Of a stretch of DNA of 61,028 bases, positions 45,158-54,957 are shown in pieces. Both the position numbers and the translations under genes were made by a program. The number at the start of each line of letters is the position of its first letter. The stretch's first letter is position 1. Under the pieces are notes generated by a model, which saw only the letters and a list, made by a program, of their open reading frames with translations, made no database searches and was not told the origin of the DNA. The stretch comes from an uncultured Spirochaetaceae bacterium. GTDB taxonomy: Bacteria > Spirochaetota > Spirochaetia > DSM-27196 > PWMO01. The stretch lies in assembly GCA_964654185.1 (NCBI GenBank), contig CAZZIE010000007.1, positions 1 to 61,028 of the forward strand, in the 5' to 3' direction.

Positions 45158-46333
45158 CTAGGTGGCGCGCCAGCGAGGCAGGCCGGCCATTCCGCCGAAG
45201 TCATCTATCAAGCGGTTCCGCGTGTCTCCGACGAGAAAGGCAAGGTGCGTCCCGTTTGCCGCGGCCAGGTCGGGAACAGTATCGCCCAGGCGCACCGTTT
45301 CAACGGCGTCTCCATTGCAGCCGCTTTGAGCCAGCGACTTCGTGGCGTAGAGCGAGCCGTCCACACTGCACCGGTAGAGCTCCTGATCCAGGTCGGGAGA
45401 CTCCCAGGGCAGGGCCAGCGTCTGGAGTCGCCCGGCCTGCAGTGCGGAGATCACCTCTTCGCGGCCGGACACGCCCTTCTCCTGAATGGACTCGAGGAGC
45501 TTCTCCTCCTCGGTGCTCTCGTAGCGGCTGATGATCGGTGCCGCCACGGCGAGAACCTGATCTTCCGTCGGCTCGGGGGCATCCACATTGCGCCCCGAAC
45601 CGATCACGAGCTGCGCCAGGTGCTTCGGCAGATTCTCAACAAACATGGTCACCTGCGCCTGCGGCCCCAGCACGAGCAGCCGCTTGAGATCGCGCCTGGT
45701 CAGCTCACCCTCGAGGATCGTCGCCGCCTGATTATAGAGTCGATGCGTACGCTCCTTCACACGCCGCTCGAACTTCTCCTTGCCCTGTCCGCCCCGGGCG
45801 GGGACATCCGGGGCTGCCACCGCGTCTTCAGTGAGCTCTCGCCACTCTGTCAGGTCGAGGTCCCGAAAGACATCGGCAAGTTCTTCGATCTCTCCGAGGT
45901 AGGTCTCGAAGAAGCGCCAGCTCCTGACGGTTATGTGAACGACCCCGTATCGGTGATGGTTGTTTACTGCGAGCAAGAGGGGCGTCAGATATGGCTCACC
46001 CCACCGGGCGACGACACCGCGAATTGTCCCGAGCAGGGGAAGGTCCGCCTGCAGGTGCATCCGCTCATTGACCGACTCCTGATCTTCCGAGAGAAACAGG
46101 ACCAGGGTACGGCCCTGCGGCCTGGTTTCCGTGCGTGCCAGCTGTTCTTCGACATCCCGGGCCAGGTCCTTCGGCACGCCGGCATCGCGCATGGCGTCCT
46201 TCGCCCGAATAATGAACCCTCGGCGCTCGTTCTCGGGGTTGGCCGGGTTCACGTCCAGATACAGTGAGAGGACGGGCTTCTCGGACGCTTCAATACGCTT
46301 CTTTACTTCCGTCGCCACTTGTGGTGCAATCAT
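45158..46333 (-). CDS. Bacterial archaeo-eukaryotic release factor (baeRF/eRF1-like) family protein
   Basis: VLSLYLDV, RGGQGKEKF, LKRLLVLG, ALQAGRLQTL and GGMAGLPRW. Confidence 0.75.
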   Translation of the reverse strand: MIAPQVATEVKKRIEASEKPVLSLYLDVNPANPENERRGFIIRAKDAMRDAGVPKDLARDVEEQLARTETRPQGRTLVLFLSEDQESVNERMHLQADLPLLGTIRGVVARWGEPYLTPLLLAVNNHHRYGVVHITVRSWRFFETYLGEIEELADVFRDLDLTEWRELTEDAVAAPDVPARGGQGKEKFERRVKERTHRLYNQAATILEGELTRRDLKRLLVLGPQAQVTMFVENLPKHLAQLVIGSGRNVDAPEPTEDQVLAVAAPIISRYESTEEEKLLESIQEKGVSGREEVISALQAGRLQTLALPWESPDLDQELYRCSVDGSLYATKSLAQSGCNGDAVETVRLGDTVPDLAAANGTHLAFLVGDTRNRLIDDFGGMAGLPRWRAT

Positions 46334-46436
46334 CGAACTGCCTCCTTCGGGGTAGCCGTAGTGGGGGGCCAATCAATACATCAAAGCTATTGGTGCCGGT
46401 TTGTGGCAGTCAAACGAATGAATACAAGGAGTGAAT

Positions 46437-47096
46437 ATGGCTGACAAGACGTGTGTGATAGTGGGAACAGGAAAGACAATGGGGACCAAGATTGCCAACG
46501 CCTTTGGCGCCGAAGGTTTCCATGTGGGGCTGGTGGCTCGGGATGCGGCCCATCTGGAGGAGATCGCCGCAACCGTCGGGGAGCGTGCGCCGGGCGTAAC
46601 GACTTTCACGGCGGACGTTACCAGTGACGGAAGCATGAACGCCCTTGCCGAGTCGGTGGAGTCTCAGCTCGGCACGCCGGATGTGGTCATCTACAACCCG
46701 GCCGTCCTGGAGAAGGTGAAGCCGAGCGAAATGACACCAGAGCCGCTCATCGATTCCCTGCAGGTGAACTTCCTGGGGGCCATGCGTATGGTTCGCGCCT
46801 TCCTCCCGGGCATGCGCAAACGGGGCAAAGGGAGCTTGCTCTTCACCGGCGGCGGATTCGGCTTCGATCCATCCATTGAATTCGCCACTCATTCGATCGG
46901 AAAGGCCGCGCTCCGTAACTACGTGCACGCCCTCTTCAAGGAGTTGAGCCCGGAGAGCATCCACGCAGCTACCGTTACCATTACCGCCCCGGTACGGGAG
47001 GGGACCGAGTTCGACGGCGACGTCATTGCCGCTCACTATGTGGCGCTTCATCGGCAGGACCCCGAGAGCTGGCAGTGGGAAATCGTGCACAAGTAG
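46437..47096 (+). CDS. SDR family oxidoreductase (atypical)
   Basis: IVGTGKTMG, IYNPA, LFTGGG and SIGKAALR. Confidence 0.85.
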   Translation: MADKTCVIVGTGKTMGTKIANAFGAEGFHVGLVARDAAHLEEIAATVGERAPGVTTFTADVTSDGSMNALAESVESQLGTPDVVIYNPAVLEKVKPSEMTPEPLIDSLQVNFLGAMRMVRAFLPGMRKRGKGSLLFTGGGFGFDPSIEFATHSIGKAALRNYVHALFKELSPESIHAATVTITAPVREGTEFDGDVIAAHYVALHRQDPESWQWEIVHK

Positions 47097-48301
47097 CACC
47101 ACTCGTTCTTCTCGTAGCGTACGCCTCGTTCATTGTCATTGGGCTTCCCGACGGGATGCTGGGGGTCGCCTGGCCGACCATGCGGGGCGACTTCGGCCAG
47201 GCTCTCGGCGCCCTGGGAATCCTCGTCACGGGCTTCACCGTCGGGTACCTGGCGACCTCCTTCACCATCGGTGTGCTCGTGGAACGCCTCGGGTACGCCG
47301 GCGTCCTGGTGGCCTCCGGCGTGGCCATGGCTGTCGGGTCGGCCGGGATGGCCGTCTCTCCCCTCTGGGTTCCGGTGCTCCTGGGAGCGGTGGTCCTCGG
47401 CGCCGGCGTCGGTCTCCTGGACGCCGGCTTGAACGCCTACGGCGCCCACCACTTCAACAGCCGGCAGCTCAACTGGCTCCACGCGGGCTTCGGCATCGGT
47501 GCCACGATAGGCCCCGTGATGATGTCCGGCTTTCTCACCACTTCGCTGAGCTGGCGCGGCGGGTACGCCACGACGGCCGCGGTGGCCCTGGTGACCGCAG
47601 CCGCCTTCGCGGCGACCTGGCGCCGCTGGAACGACCGATCCCAAAAAGCCGCTCCGCAGCCTGAAGCAGCCGCGGCGCCGGGTGAGCCCGCAGCCGCGGC
47701 GAGCTCCCTTCTGGAGTCGCGACGGTGGCTCCGGGATCTGCGGGATCCCGTAGTCATCGGCTCCGCTCTCCTCTTCATCCTCTACGCCGGGGTCGAGGTG
47801 ACTGCGGGGCAGTGGGCGTACAGCCTCTTCACCATTGACCGCGGCGTGGATGCGGCGCGGGCGGCGCGGTGGGTCTCCCTCTACTGGGGCGCTCTCACCG
47901 TCGGGCGGGTCGTCTTCGGCGTGATTGCCGACCGGGTAGGCCGGCTGCGGCTCCTGCGGATGACCATGGGCGGCGCCGCAGTCGGCGTTGCGCTCTTCTG
48001 GATCGGCACGCCGCCCATCCTCGGCGCGGTCGGGCTTCTGGTGCTCGGATTCTCCCTCGCACCCATGTTCCCCCTCCTCATCGGCGAGACGCCGGAGCGC
48101 GTCGGCGCCCACCGCGCCTCCTTTGTCGTCGGCTTGCAGATGGGTGGCTCGAGCATTGGTGTCATGCTCTTCGCCGGAGGCATGGGCGCGCTTGTCGAGG
48201 CCGTCAGCCTCCGGGTCGTTGTCCCGGGGGTCATGGTCGTTCTGATTCTCTTTGTCATTACCCACGAAGCGGTCTTGCGGGCGGCGCACCGGTCAACTTG
48301 A
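47075..48301 (+). CDS. MFS transporter
   Basis: GLPDGMLGVAWP, LNWLHAGFGIG, about 12 TMs. Confidence 0.88.
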   Translation: MGNRAQVAPLVLLVAYASFIVIGLPDGMLGVAWPTMRGDFGQALGALGILVTGFTVGYLATSFTIGVLVERLGYAGVLVASGVAMAVGSAGMAVSPLWVPVLLGAVVLGAGVGLLDAGLNAYGAHHFNSRQLNWLHAGFGIGATIGPVMMSGFLTTSLSWRGGYATTAAVALVTAAAFAATWRRWNDRSQKAAPQPEAAAAPGEPAAAASSLLESRRWLRDLRDPVVIGSALLFILYAGVEVTAGQWAYSLFTIDRGVDAARAARWVSLYWGALTVGRVVFGVIADRVGRLRLLRMTMGGAAVGVALFWIGTPPILGAVGLLVLGFSLAPMFPLLIGETPERVGAHRASFVVGLQMGGSSIGVMLFAGGMGALVEAVSLRVVVPGVMVVLILFVITHEAVLRAAHRST

Positions 48302-48346
48302 CCGGACCGGGCGGGCGGCGTAGCTTCACCGCCACAGGGAGGAGCC

Positions 48347-49210
48347 ATGCACCGCTTCGTTCGTCACGCTTTCGTGGCAGTGCTCGTAGGCATCGTTCTC
48401 ATTGTCTTGTCTGGTTGTGTACAGGTCCCCATTTCAGCGGACGCCATCCTGCAGCCGAAGCCGTCGGTGACGCCGGCGAGCTTCAGTCACCCTGAGGCGG
48501 AGTTGGAGGAGTTCTTCTTCGAGGGGGAGGACGGAACGCGGCTCAACGCGTGGTATCTCTCGCAGCCCGGGGCGGAGCGGACGGTGCTCTTCTTCGGCGG
48601 CTACGGCTTCTATCTGGTGCAGTCGACGCAGTACCTCGGCGCCTTTCTGGAGCAGGGGGTCAACGCCATGCTCTGGGACTACCGCGGCTACGGGCGCAGT
48701 GAAGGGGAGCCGACGGTGGAGACCATGAAGTCGGATGCCGAGCGGGCGTATCAGGTGGTTCGAGAGCGTTACGGGGCGGCGCCGGAAGAGTTGATTCTTC
48801 ACGGCCACTCCCTGGGTACCTTTGTGGCGGCTCACGTGGCGGAGGGACGGCCGGTGGGCGGCCTCATTCTGGAGAGCCCGATCACGGCGCCGGATGACTG
48901 GACCCGGACCGTCGTGCCCTGGTATCTCCGGCTGCTCCTGCGCTTCGACATTGCAGAGGATGTGGCGAATGAGGACAATCGCCGACGCCTGGAGCGGATC
49001 GATGCGCCGACCCTGCTCATTGCCGGGGGAGCGGACATTGTGGCGCCGAAGGGGCTTGCCGAGACGCTCTACGAGCACGCCGCGGCGCAGGAGAAGGAGT
49101 TGCTCGTCATTCCTGACGGGGGCCACGCCGACCTCATGACCTTTCCCGATTATGGCCGGGCGTACCGCCGGCTTCTCGATCGGACCGCAGGCGGCGGGTC
49201 AGGCGGTTGA
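48347..49210 (+). CDS. Alpha/beta hydrolase lipoprotein (YfhR/ABHD13-like)
   Basis: Lipobox VLSGC, DYRGYGRSEG, GHSLG and GGHAD. Confidence 0.88.
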   Translation: MHRFVRHAFVAVLVGIVLIVLSGCVQVPISADAILQPKPSVTPASFSHPEAELEEFFFEGEDGTRLNAWYLSQPGAERTVLFFGGYGFYLVQSTQYLGAFLEQGVNAMLWDYRGYGRSEGEPTVETMKSDAERAYQVVRERYGAAPEELILHGHSLGTFVAAHVAEGRPVGGLILESPITAPDDWTRTVVPWYLRLLLRFDIAEDVANEDNRRRLERIDAPTLLIAGGADIVAPKGLAETLYEHAAAQEKELLVIPDGGHADLMTFPDYGRAYRRLLDRTAGGGSGG

Positions 49211-49877
49211 CCGCAACACCGCACTGAATCGCCATGGCCGTGACGCCTGCGTATACGATGATCTTCTGACCGACGATCTGAACGCCCGCCCCGGTCGGGG
49301 TTTCCGGGCCCGGTCCGAACCAGAGGAGCCAGAGATATCCCAACAGCACCACCAGGAAGGCGATGTGTACGGTCTTCGCCGTCCGGGGAACCACCGGGTG
49401 CTGTATGAGTGCCGCCGCCGCAGTGGCCACGGCGGGAAGCATTCCCGTGAAGGCGAAGTAGACGCTGACGTAGTGGGCGCGGGTCTGGACATCCGTGGGA
49501 AAGATCCCAACGCCGATGAACCCGAGACCCACCACCGCCCCGAGGATTCCCGTCACCACACTCAGGATCCGCGCGTTTCGGGGTGCTTCCTGGAAGAGGC
49601 CGGGAAAGGCGGCGTGCGCGGCCATGAGGCCGACGCCGCTCAGGACCATGGCCACCGTGAAGATCCACTGTGACAAGGGCTTGGGATTGCCTTCGAAGTC
49701 GTAGACCCGTCCGAGCTCGCTGAAGGTGTTGTCCAGAAAGCGGTATGACTCGGCGTCCGGGTCGAAGCGGGTGCCGCCGGGGTAGACCAGCATGGCGACC
49801 AGCGTCGTCACCAGGAACTGCGCAATGAGCACCATGGCAACCAGGTAGACAACTCGAAGCAGTTTGAAGCGCCCCAT
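49134..49877 (-). CDS. DUF998-like membrane protein
   Basis: YPGG...NTFSELG, GVGIFPTD...H, six TMs. Confidence 0.65.
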   Translation of the reverse strand: MGRFKLLRVVYLVAMVLIAQFLVTTLVAMLVYPGGTRFDPDAESYRFLDNTFSELGRVYDFEGNPKPLSQWIFTVAMVLSGVGLMAAHAAFPGLFQEAPRNARILSVVTGILGAVVGLGFIGVGIFPTDVQTRAHYVSVYFAFTGMLPAVATAAAALIQHPVVPRTAKTVHIAFLVVLLGYLWLLWFGPGPETPTGAGVQIVGQKIIVYAGVTAMAIQCGVAVNRLTRRLRSDREAGGTPGHNRERS

Positions 49878-49980
49878 GACTCGGTGCAGTGTAGCAGAAC
49901 GGCGGATCCCAGTCGAATCGCCGGTCCGCCCGCGGCCGCCCAAGTTGACCCCTCCCGCCGGGCTTCGCACCTTTACACTC

Positions 49981-51357
49981 ATGGAACGTGCCGACTATCT
50001 GCTCATCGGCGGAGGGCTCGCCTCCGCCCGCGCAATCCGCAGCATCCGGCAGCGCGAGCCGGATGCCGTCGTGGTTCTTGTGGCCGAGGAGGACCGTCTT
50101 CCCTACGACCGTCCACCCCTCTCGAAGGAGATCATCCGGGGAGAGGTGTCTCCGAAGGAGATTGTGAGCGAGGAGGACGGCTTCTACGCCGCCAACAACG
50201 TCAACACTCTGATCGGTCTGAAGGTTACCGCCCTGGAGCTCGGCGAAAGCCGGCACACCGCGGTGCTCTCGAACGGAGACTCCCTCATCTTCCGGAAGGC
50301 GCTCCTGGCGACGGGGGGGGTGCCGCGGCGGCTGGGGGTGCCCGGGGAGAACCGCCCCGGCGTTCACACCCTTCGCACCGCCGACGACGCCGTGGCGATA
50401 GCGGAAGTGGCGCGGAGCGGCGGCAGCGCCGTGATCATTGGTGCCGGTTTTATTGGCGTCGAGCTCGCCGCCTCCCTTGCGCACCGCGGCATGGCGGTGT
50501 CCGTCGTCGAAATGGCGAGCGAGCTCTGGCCCACCTTTGCTCCGCCGGACCTCGCTACGGTCGTCCGGAAGCGCTGCGAAGATGAGGGAATCACCTTCCA
50601 CTTCGGGCGCAAGGTCGAGAGTCTCGAGGACGGCGTTGTCCTTGACAACGGTGAGCGCCTGGATGCGTCGCTGGTGTGTGTGGCCGTCGGCATTGACCCC
50701 GCGATTGAGCTCGCAGCGGCTGCCGGCCTTACAATCGGCGACGGCGTGGTGGTCAACGAGCACCTGCAGACCTCCCACCCGGATGTCTTTGCCGCCGGTG
50801 ACATTGCGCAGTTCCCGGACCCTTACTTCGGCACGCGGCGCCGGGTGGAGCACTACGGCCACGCCGAGTACACCGGACTCCTTGCCGGCGAGAACATGAC
50901 CGGCGAGACCAGGCCCTACGCCCTCCTGAGCTACCTCTGGAGCGATGTCTTTGACCTCCACCTGGAGGCCGCGGGGGACCCGCGCATGGCAACACGCTTC
51001 GTGCGCCGCGACCCGGCGGGAGGTGGTGCGACCGTGGGGGGCGGGGCCGCCGGTCAGCCCAGCGCCGGCGTCCCGGGCGACGCCGCGGGAGGTTCGGGGG
51101 CCGTCGGGGGCGGTTCGGGGGCCGCCGCGGAAGGCGCGGGTGGTTCCGGGGCCGCCGCGGCGGAAAGCGCGTCGCCTTCCTTCATCCTCATGGGCCTCTC
51201 CGAGGAGGGCCGCATGGTCGCCTACATGGCCCTCAACCGGCCGGACGGGGAGCTCGCACCCATGCAGATTCTGATCAAGAAGGGAATCGATCTGTCAGGG
51301 AAAGAGGATCAACTCGCCGACCCGTCGGTGCAGCTGGTGCAGTTGCTGAAGGGGTAG
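49981..51357 (+). CDS. FAD/NAD(P)-dependent ferredoxin-reductase-like oxidoreductase
   Basis: IGGGLA, PYDRPPLSK, LLATGG, IGAGFIGVE, VFAAGDIA and YLWSD. Confidence 0.9.
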   Translation: MERADYLLIGGGLASARAIRSIRQREPDAVVVLVAEEDRLPYDRPPLSKEIIRGEVSPKEIVSEEDGFYAANNVNTLIGLKVTALELGESRHTAVLSNGDSLIFRKALLATGGVPRRLGVPGENRPGVHTLRTADDAVAIAEVARSGGSAVIIGAGFIGVELAASLAHRGMAVSVVEMASELWPTFAPPDLATVVRKRCEDEGITFHFGRKVESLEDGVVLDNGERLDASLVCVAVGIDPAIELAAAAGLTIGDGVVVNEHLQTSHPDVFAAGDIAQFPDPYFGTRRRVEHYGHAEYTGLLAGENMTGETRPYALLSYLWSDVFDLHLEAAGDPRMATRFVRRDPAGGGATVGGGAAGQPSAGVPGDAAGGSGAVGGGSGAAAEGAGGSGAAAAESASPSFILMGLSEEGRMVAYMALNRPDGELAPMQILIKKGIDLSGKEDQLADPSVQLVQLLKG

Positions 51358-51553
51358 GGGTGGGGCGAGTGCGTCCCGGGTGCGCTGGACCCGGGTCGGA
51401 GGTCATGTAAGCGCTTGCCCATGGATCCACCTTTGACGTTGCTTCAGGCCACCCTTTCTGTCGAACTGGATAGCGACTAAACTGTGGCTGCCAGACCGAC
51501 CGATGACAGGAGGCCGGTCCTTGTCAGGCGCCACACGGCTTACGGATACGTGC

Positions 51554-53098
51554 CTACTGCCGGTCTTCAATCAGTTGGTTCAGCATCGTAGTCCAACATC
51601 CATACGCTTGGTCCAAACCCGCGCGAAGGTTCGAGTCGGGTTCCGTCAGCTGCATCAATTGAAGTCCCGCTCGAGCGTCGCTGACCGAGCGGAAGTAACC
51701 TGCGCCTACAGCAGCGCCAATAGCCGCTCCGAACGCGGGATCGGCGATGTAGATCTCGATTGGGGTTTCCAGGAAAGAGGCGAGCAGTGTGCGGAAATAG
51801 GGGCTCTGCAGGAGGCCAGTCTCCGCGCCGCGCAGAACCGTCAGCTCGACTCCGAGCTCTTTGAGTACGCTGTTCCCATAGGCAAAGGAGAACGCTATAC
51901 CCTCAACTACGGCGCGCGCCAGATCCGCTGGACCGTGGCGCGTGAAGTCGACGCCATGGACCGAGAATCCCGTCGTCCTGTGTCCTAACATGCGTTCGGC
52001 ACCATTCCCGAACGGGAACACCGTGATCTCTTTCGCGCCGATCGACGCGTACTGAACCATATTGTTCAGCGTATCGTAGGAAAGACGCCCGACGTTGGCG
52101 AGCCCGGTGCCTCCCGGGTCACCACTACCTGTAGATAGCAGGCTCCGCAACCAGCTATAGGCAATGCCCACGGCGTTGATACACAGTACCACGACGCTGC
52201 GTGGGGCCTTGTCGGCGGACGTTACGTGGAGGAAAGAATTGATCCGAGAACTACGATCGATAACAGGAGAGTCGGTTACACCGAAAATGACACCGGAGGT
52301 ACCCGCGGCACAGGCTGCGCTGCCTGGCTCCATAACGCCCAATCCTACGGCGTTGGCGTGCTGATCGCCGGCCCGGAATGTCACGCGAACTTCGCGCCGC
52401 AGGCCGAGTTCGTACGCGGCATCGGCGCTCAATGCACCCTGATCGCCGAAACTGTCAATGACCGTCGGACAAAGCCCGGGATCAATACCGACGACCTGCA
52501 GCAACTCCGTTGCGGGGCGCTGTTGTGACAGCGAGTAGAACATGCCCTCCGAGAGCCCCTCTTTTGTTGTTGCTGCGACTCCCGTCATTCGGTAGGCAAT
52601 GTAATCACCGGGAAGGAGCCAGGCTTCTGCCGCCTCATACGTGGCCGGCTCACAGTCGCGCACCCACGCGAGCTTGGATGCGGTGAAGGTGCCGGGAAGA
52701 TTGCATACCTCACTGAACCACCTTTCGGCGCTTGCCGCCTCAACAAGCTGCCGCTCCGTTGCCAGTGTCCTCGAATCGCACCAGATGATAGCTGGGCGCA
52801 GTACGCGGCCCTGGCGATCAAGAAGAACGAGTCCGTGTTCCTGATAGGAGATCCCGATCGCCGTTACCTGTAGGTAACGTTCCGGTGCTTGCTCACGAAG
52901 CGACCGGCAGGCGTGGACGATGTGCTGCCACCATTCCTCGGGTGACTGCTCCGCCCAACCTGCATGCGGTGCGGAAATGACGAGCTCCTCATCCGCCGGA
53001 GATGTTGCGACTGCCACTGCGTGCGGTCCCTCGAGGCTTACCAGGGATACTTTCACCGCGGAGCTACCAACATCGATGCCGAGTACGAACTCACTCAT
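51554..53098 (-). CDS. FGGY carbohydrate kinase (xylulokinase-like)
   Basis: GIDVGSS, IWCDSR, FTASKL, AGDQ and PFGNGAER. Confidence 0.88.
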   Translation of the reverse strand: MSEFVLGIDVGSSAVKVSLVSLEGPHAVAVATSPADEELVISAPHAGWAEQSPEEWWQHIVHACRSLREQAPERYLQVTAIGISYQEHGLVLLDRQGRVLRPAIIWCDSRTLATERQLVEAASAERWFSEVCNLPGTFTASKLAWVRDCEPATYEAAEAWLLPGDYIAYRMTGVAATTKEGLSEGMFYSLSQQRPATELLQVVGIDPGLCPTVIDSFGDQGALSADAAYELGLRREVRVTFRAGDQHANAVGLGVMEPGSAACAAGTSGVIFGVTDSPVIDRSSRINSFLHVTSADKAPRSVVVLCINAVGIAYSWLRSLLSTGSGDPGGTGLANVGRLSYDTLNNMVQYASIGAKEITVFPFGNGAERMLGHRTTGFSVHGVDFTRHGPADLARAVVEGIAFSFAYGNSVLKELGVELTVLRGAETGLLQSPYFRTLLASFLETPIEIYIADPAFGAAIGAAVGAGYFRSVSDARAGLQLMQLTEPDSNLRAGLDQAYGCWTTMLNQLIEDRQ

Positions 53099-53127
53099 GG
53101 TTGCAACTCTTTCCGGCCGGATTGTCG

Positions 53128-54219
53128 CTATCGTTTGACGCGTCCGGAGGCAGAACCTCCCATAAGAGCCTCAACCTCGGCTCGCGAGTTGAGATTGAAG
53201 TCGCCCCGGATGGAGTGTGCGAGGCAGGATGCTGCAGTGGCAAAGTCCACTGCCGCACGAGGTTGCGATAGCTCTGGTGTGGTAAGCGCATAAATGAGCG
53301 CGGCGGCAAAAGAGTCGCCCCCGCCGACTCGATCAACAATCGCCTTGATCTCGTAGGGCCGATATTCGCCTGACTGCATCGGCGCGAAGTAGGATTCCCG
53401 GCCATTCGCATCGAAGAGCATGGCGCCCCAGTTGTTGTGGGTCGCCGAAAGGCTGGCGCGAAGTGTTGTGGCAATCTTCTTCAGCGCAGGGAACTGAGCA
53501 GCAATTTCTTCCGCCGCGTTATGATAGCCGTCCAGGGAAATGACCCCCGTTTCAACATCGGTATCCGCGACGGTAATTCCAAGCACCTTGGAGGCGTCTT
53601 CCTCATTTGCAATAAGGACATCCACGTTCTTCAGGAGTTTTCGCATGATTCGCTCGGCGAGAGCAGCGGGTTTCTCCCTTGCGGACCAGCGCCAAAGTTT
53701 GTTGCGAAAGTTTAAATCGCAGGAGACGGTCAGCCCCTTCTCTTTGGCGCGTGCGGCTCCTGCCATCGCAGCCTCGGCGGCGGTTTCCGACAGTGCGGGA
53801 GTGATTCCCGTAACGTGAAACCACTCGGCGCCTTCGAAGGCTGCATCCCAATCGTACACTTCAGGGTCTGCCAGGGCGATGCAGGAGCCTGCACGATCGT
53901 AGATCACATTGCTCGGGCGTTGATTCGCTCCTGTTTCCACGAAATACGCACCGAATCGCCCAGGCACGCTTCGTTCAATGTAGTCGGTGTCGACACCGAA
54001 GCTCTTCAACACGCCAAGGCATGCATCAGTTACCGTGTTGTCCGGCAGCGCCGTGACAAATCGGCTGCGGCCACCGAAGTGAGCGATCGACACGGCTACA
54101 TTGGCCTCTGCCCCCGCAAAGGTCGTGTTCAGGGCGCCCGGCATTGCCTGCCGGAACCGAAGATTGTCCGGGGCATCAAAGCGAATCATTATCTCGCCGA
54201 AGGTGACGATGTGCTTCAT
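53128..54219 (-). CDS. kdgK: 2-keto-3-deoxygluconate kinase (PfkB family)
   Basis: FGEIMIR, FAGAEANVA, DLNFRNKLW, VDRVGGGDSF and GDFN. Confidence 0.85.
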   Translation of the reverse strand: MKHIVTFGEIMIRFDAPDNLRFRQAMPGALNTTFAGAEANVAVSIAHFGGRSRFVTALPDNTVTDACLGVLKSFGVDTDYIERSVPGRFGAYFVETGANQRPSNVIYDRAGSCIALADPEVYDWDAAFEGAEWFHVTGITPALSETAAEAAMAGAARAKEKGLTVSCDLNFRNKLWRWSAREKPAALAERIMRKLLKNVDVLIANEEDASKVLGITVADTDVETGVISLDGYHNAAEEIAAQFPALKKIATTLRASLSATHNNWGAMLFDANGRESYFAPMQSGEYRPYEIKAIVDRVGGGDSFAAALIYALTTPELSQPRAAVDFATAASCLAHSIRGDFNLNSRAEVEALMGGSASGRVKR

Positions 54220-54863
54220 ACAGGCTTGCTCCTCAGGCTCTTCGCGATTGCGGAAGCCTCTTCTGCGTTCTTACGAATCATGTCCCAGGCCTCAGCGGCA
54301 ATCAGGTCTCGTTTTGCTAACCATGAGCCACCCACTGCGCCAACCAGGGGGTGCTCGAGATAGCTCTTTAGATTGTCGATGTTGATGCCTCCCAGGGGAA
54401 CGAAGCGGAGGCCCAGGTAGTTATAGGGACCAGCCATGGAGCTCAGGTAGCGAGTCCCACCGAGAGCTTCCGCCGGATTGAACTTAAGGATCCGCAGCGA
54501 GAAACGGAGAGCGGTCTCAATGTCTGAGGGGGTTGCGACTCCGGGAGCAAAGGGAAGCCCCTGCTTCGCAGCCTCTTCCATGACTACCGGAGCGGTGCCC
54601 GGCGCCACGGCAAAGTCTGCTCCGGCCTCCACCACCTGTTGCACCTGCTCAGGGAATATGACCGTTCCCGCCCCGACAACAATGTCCGGACGATGCCTTT
54701 TGATTGCTCCAATCGCTTCTATGGCCGCGTCCGTCCGCAGCGCGAGCTCAATGCTTTTGATCCCGCCTGCGGCGAGGGCCTCGGCGACCGGCAAGGCATG
54801 CTCCACCGTATCAACAACTACGACGGCAATGATCGGATTTCGAGTGATGATATCTTGCTTCAC
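54216..54863 (-). CDS. eda: KDPG/KHG aldolase
   Basis: IELALRT, VGAGTV, PGVATPSD, KFNPAE, VPLGGI and VGGSWL. Confidence 0.92.
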   Translation of the reverse strand: MKQDIITRNPIIAVVVVDTVEHALPVAEALAAGGIKSIELALRTDAAIEAIGAIKRHRPDIVVGAGTVIFPEQVQQVVEAGADFAVAPGTAPVVMEEAAKQGLPFAPGVATPSDIETALRFSLRILKFNPAEALGGTRYLSSMAGPYNYLGLRFVPLGGINIDNLKSYLEHPLVGAVGGSWLAKRDLIAAEAWDMIRKNAEEASAIAKSLRSKPV

Positions 54864-54957
54864 TGGAGGCTCCCTGGAATGTGTTGCTCTGCTCGGTCAA
54901 TGACGGCGGGCGACGCGCCCACATTGGGCGCCTGCCCGCCGGAGTATGCCGTGCTGC

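Noticed and set aside
49150-50961. 603-aa minus-strand ORF, and other long antisense ORFs (2773-4140, 33704-35317, 38891-40453, 18615-19871)
   Set aside because: Each overlaps a well-supported gene on the opposite strand or in another frame, and shows no domain signatures.
51503-51988. 161-aa plus-strand ORF at the island boundary as a possible integrase remnant
   Set aside because: It lies antisense to the FGGY kinase and I saw no tyrosine or serine recombinase motifs.
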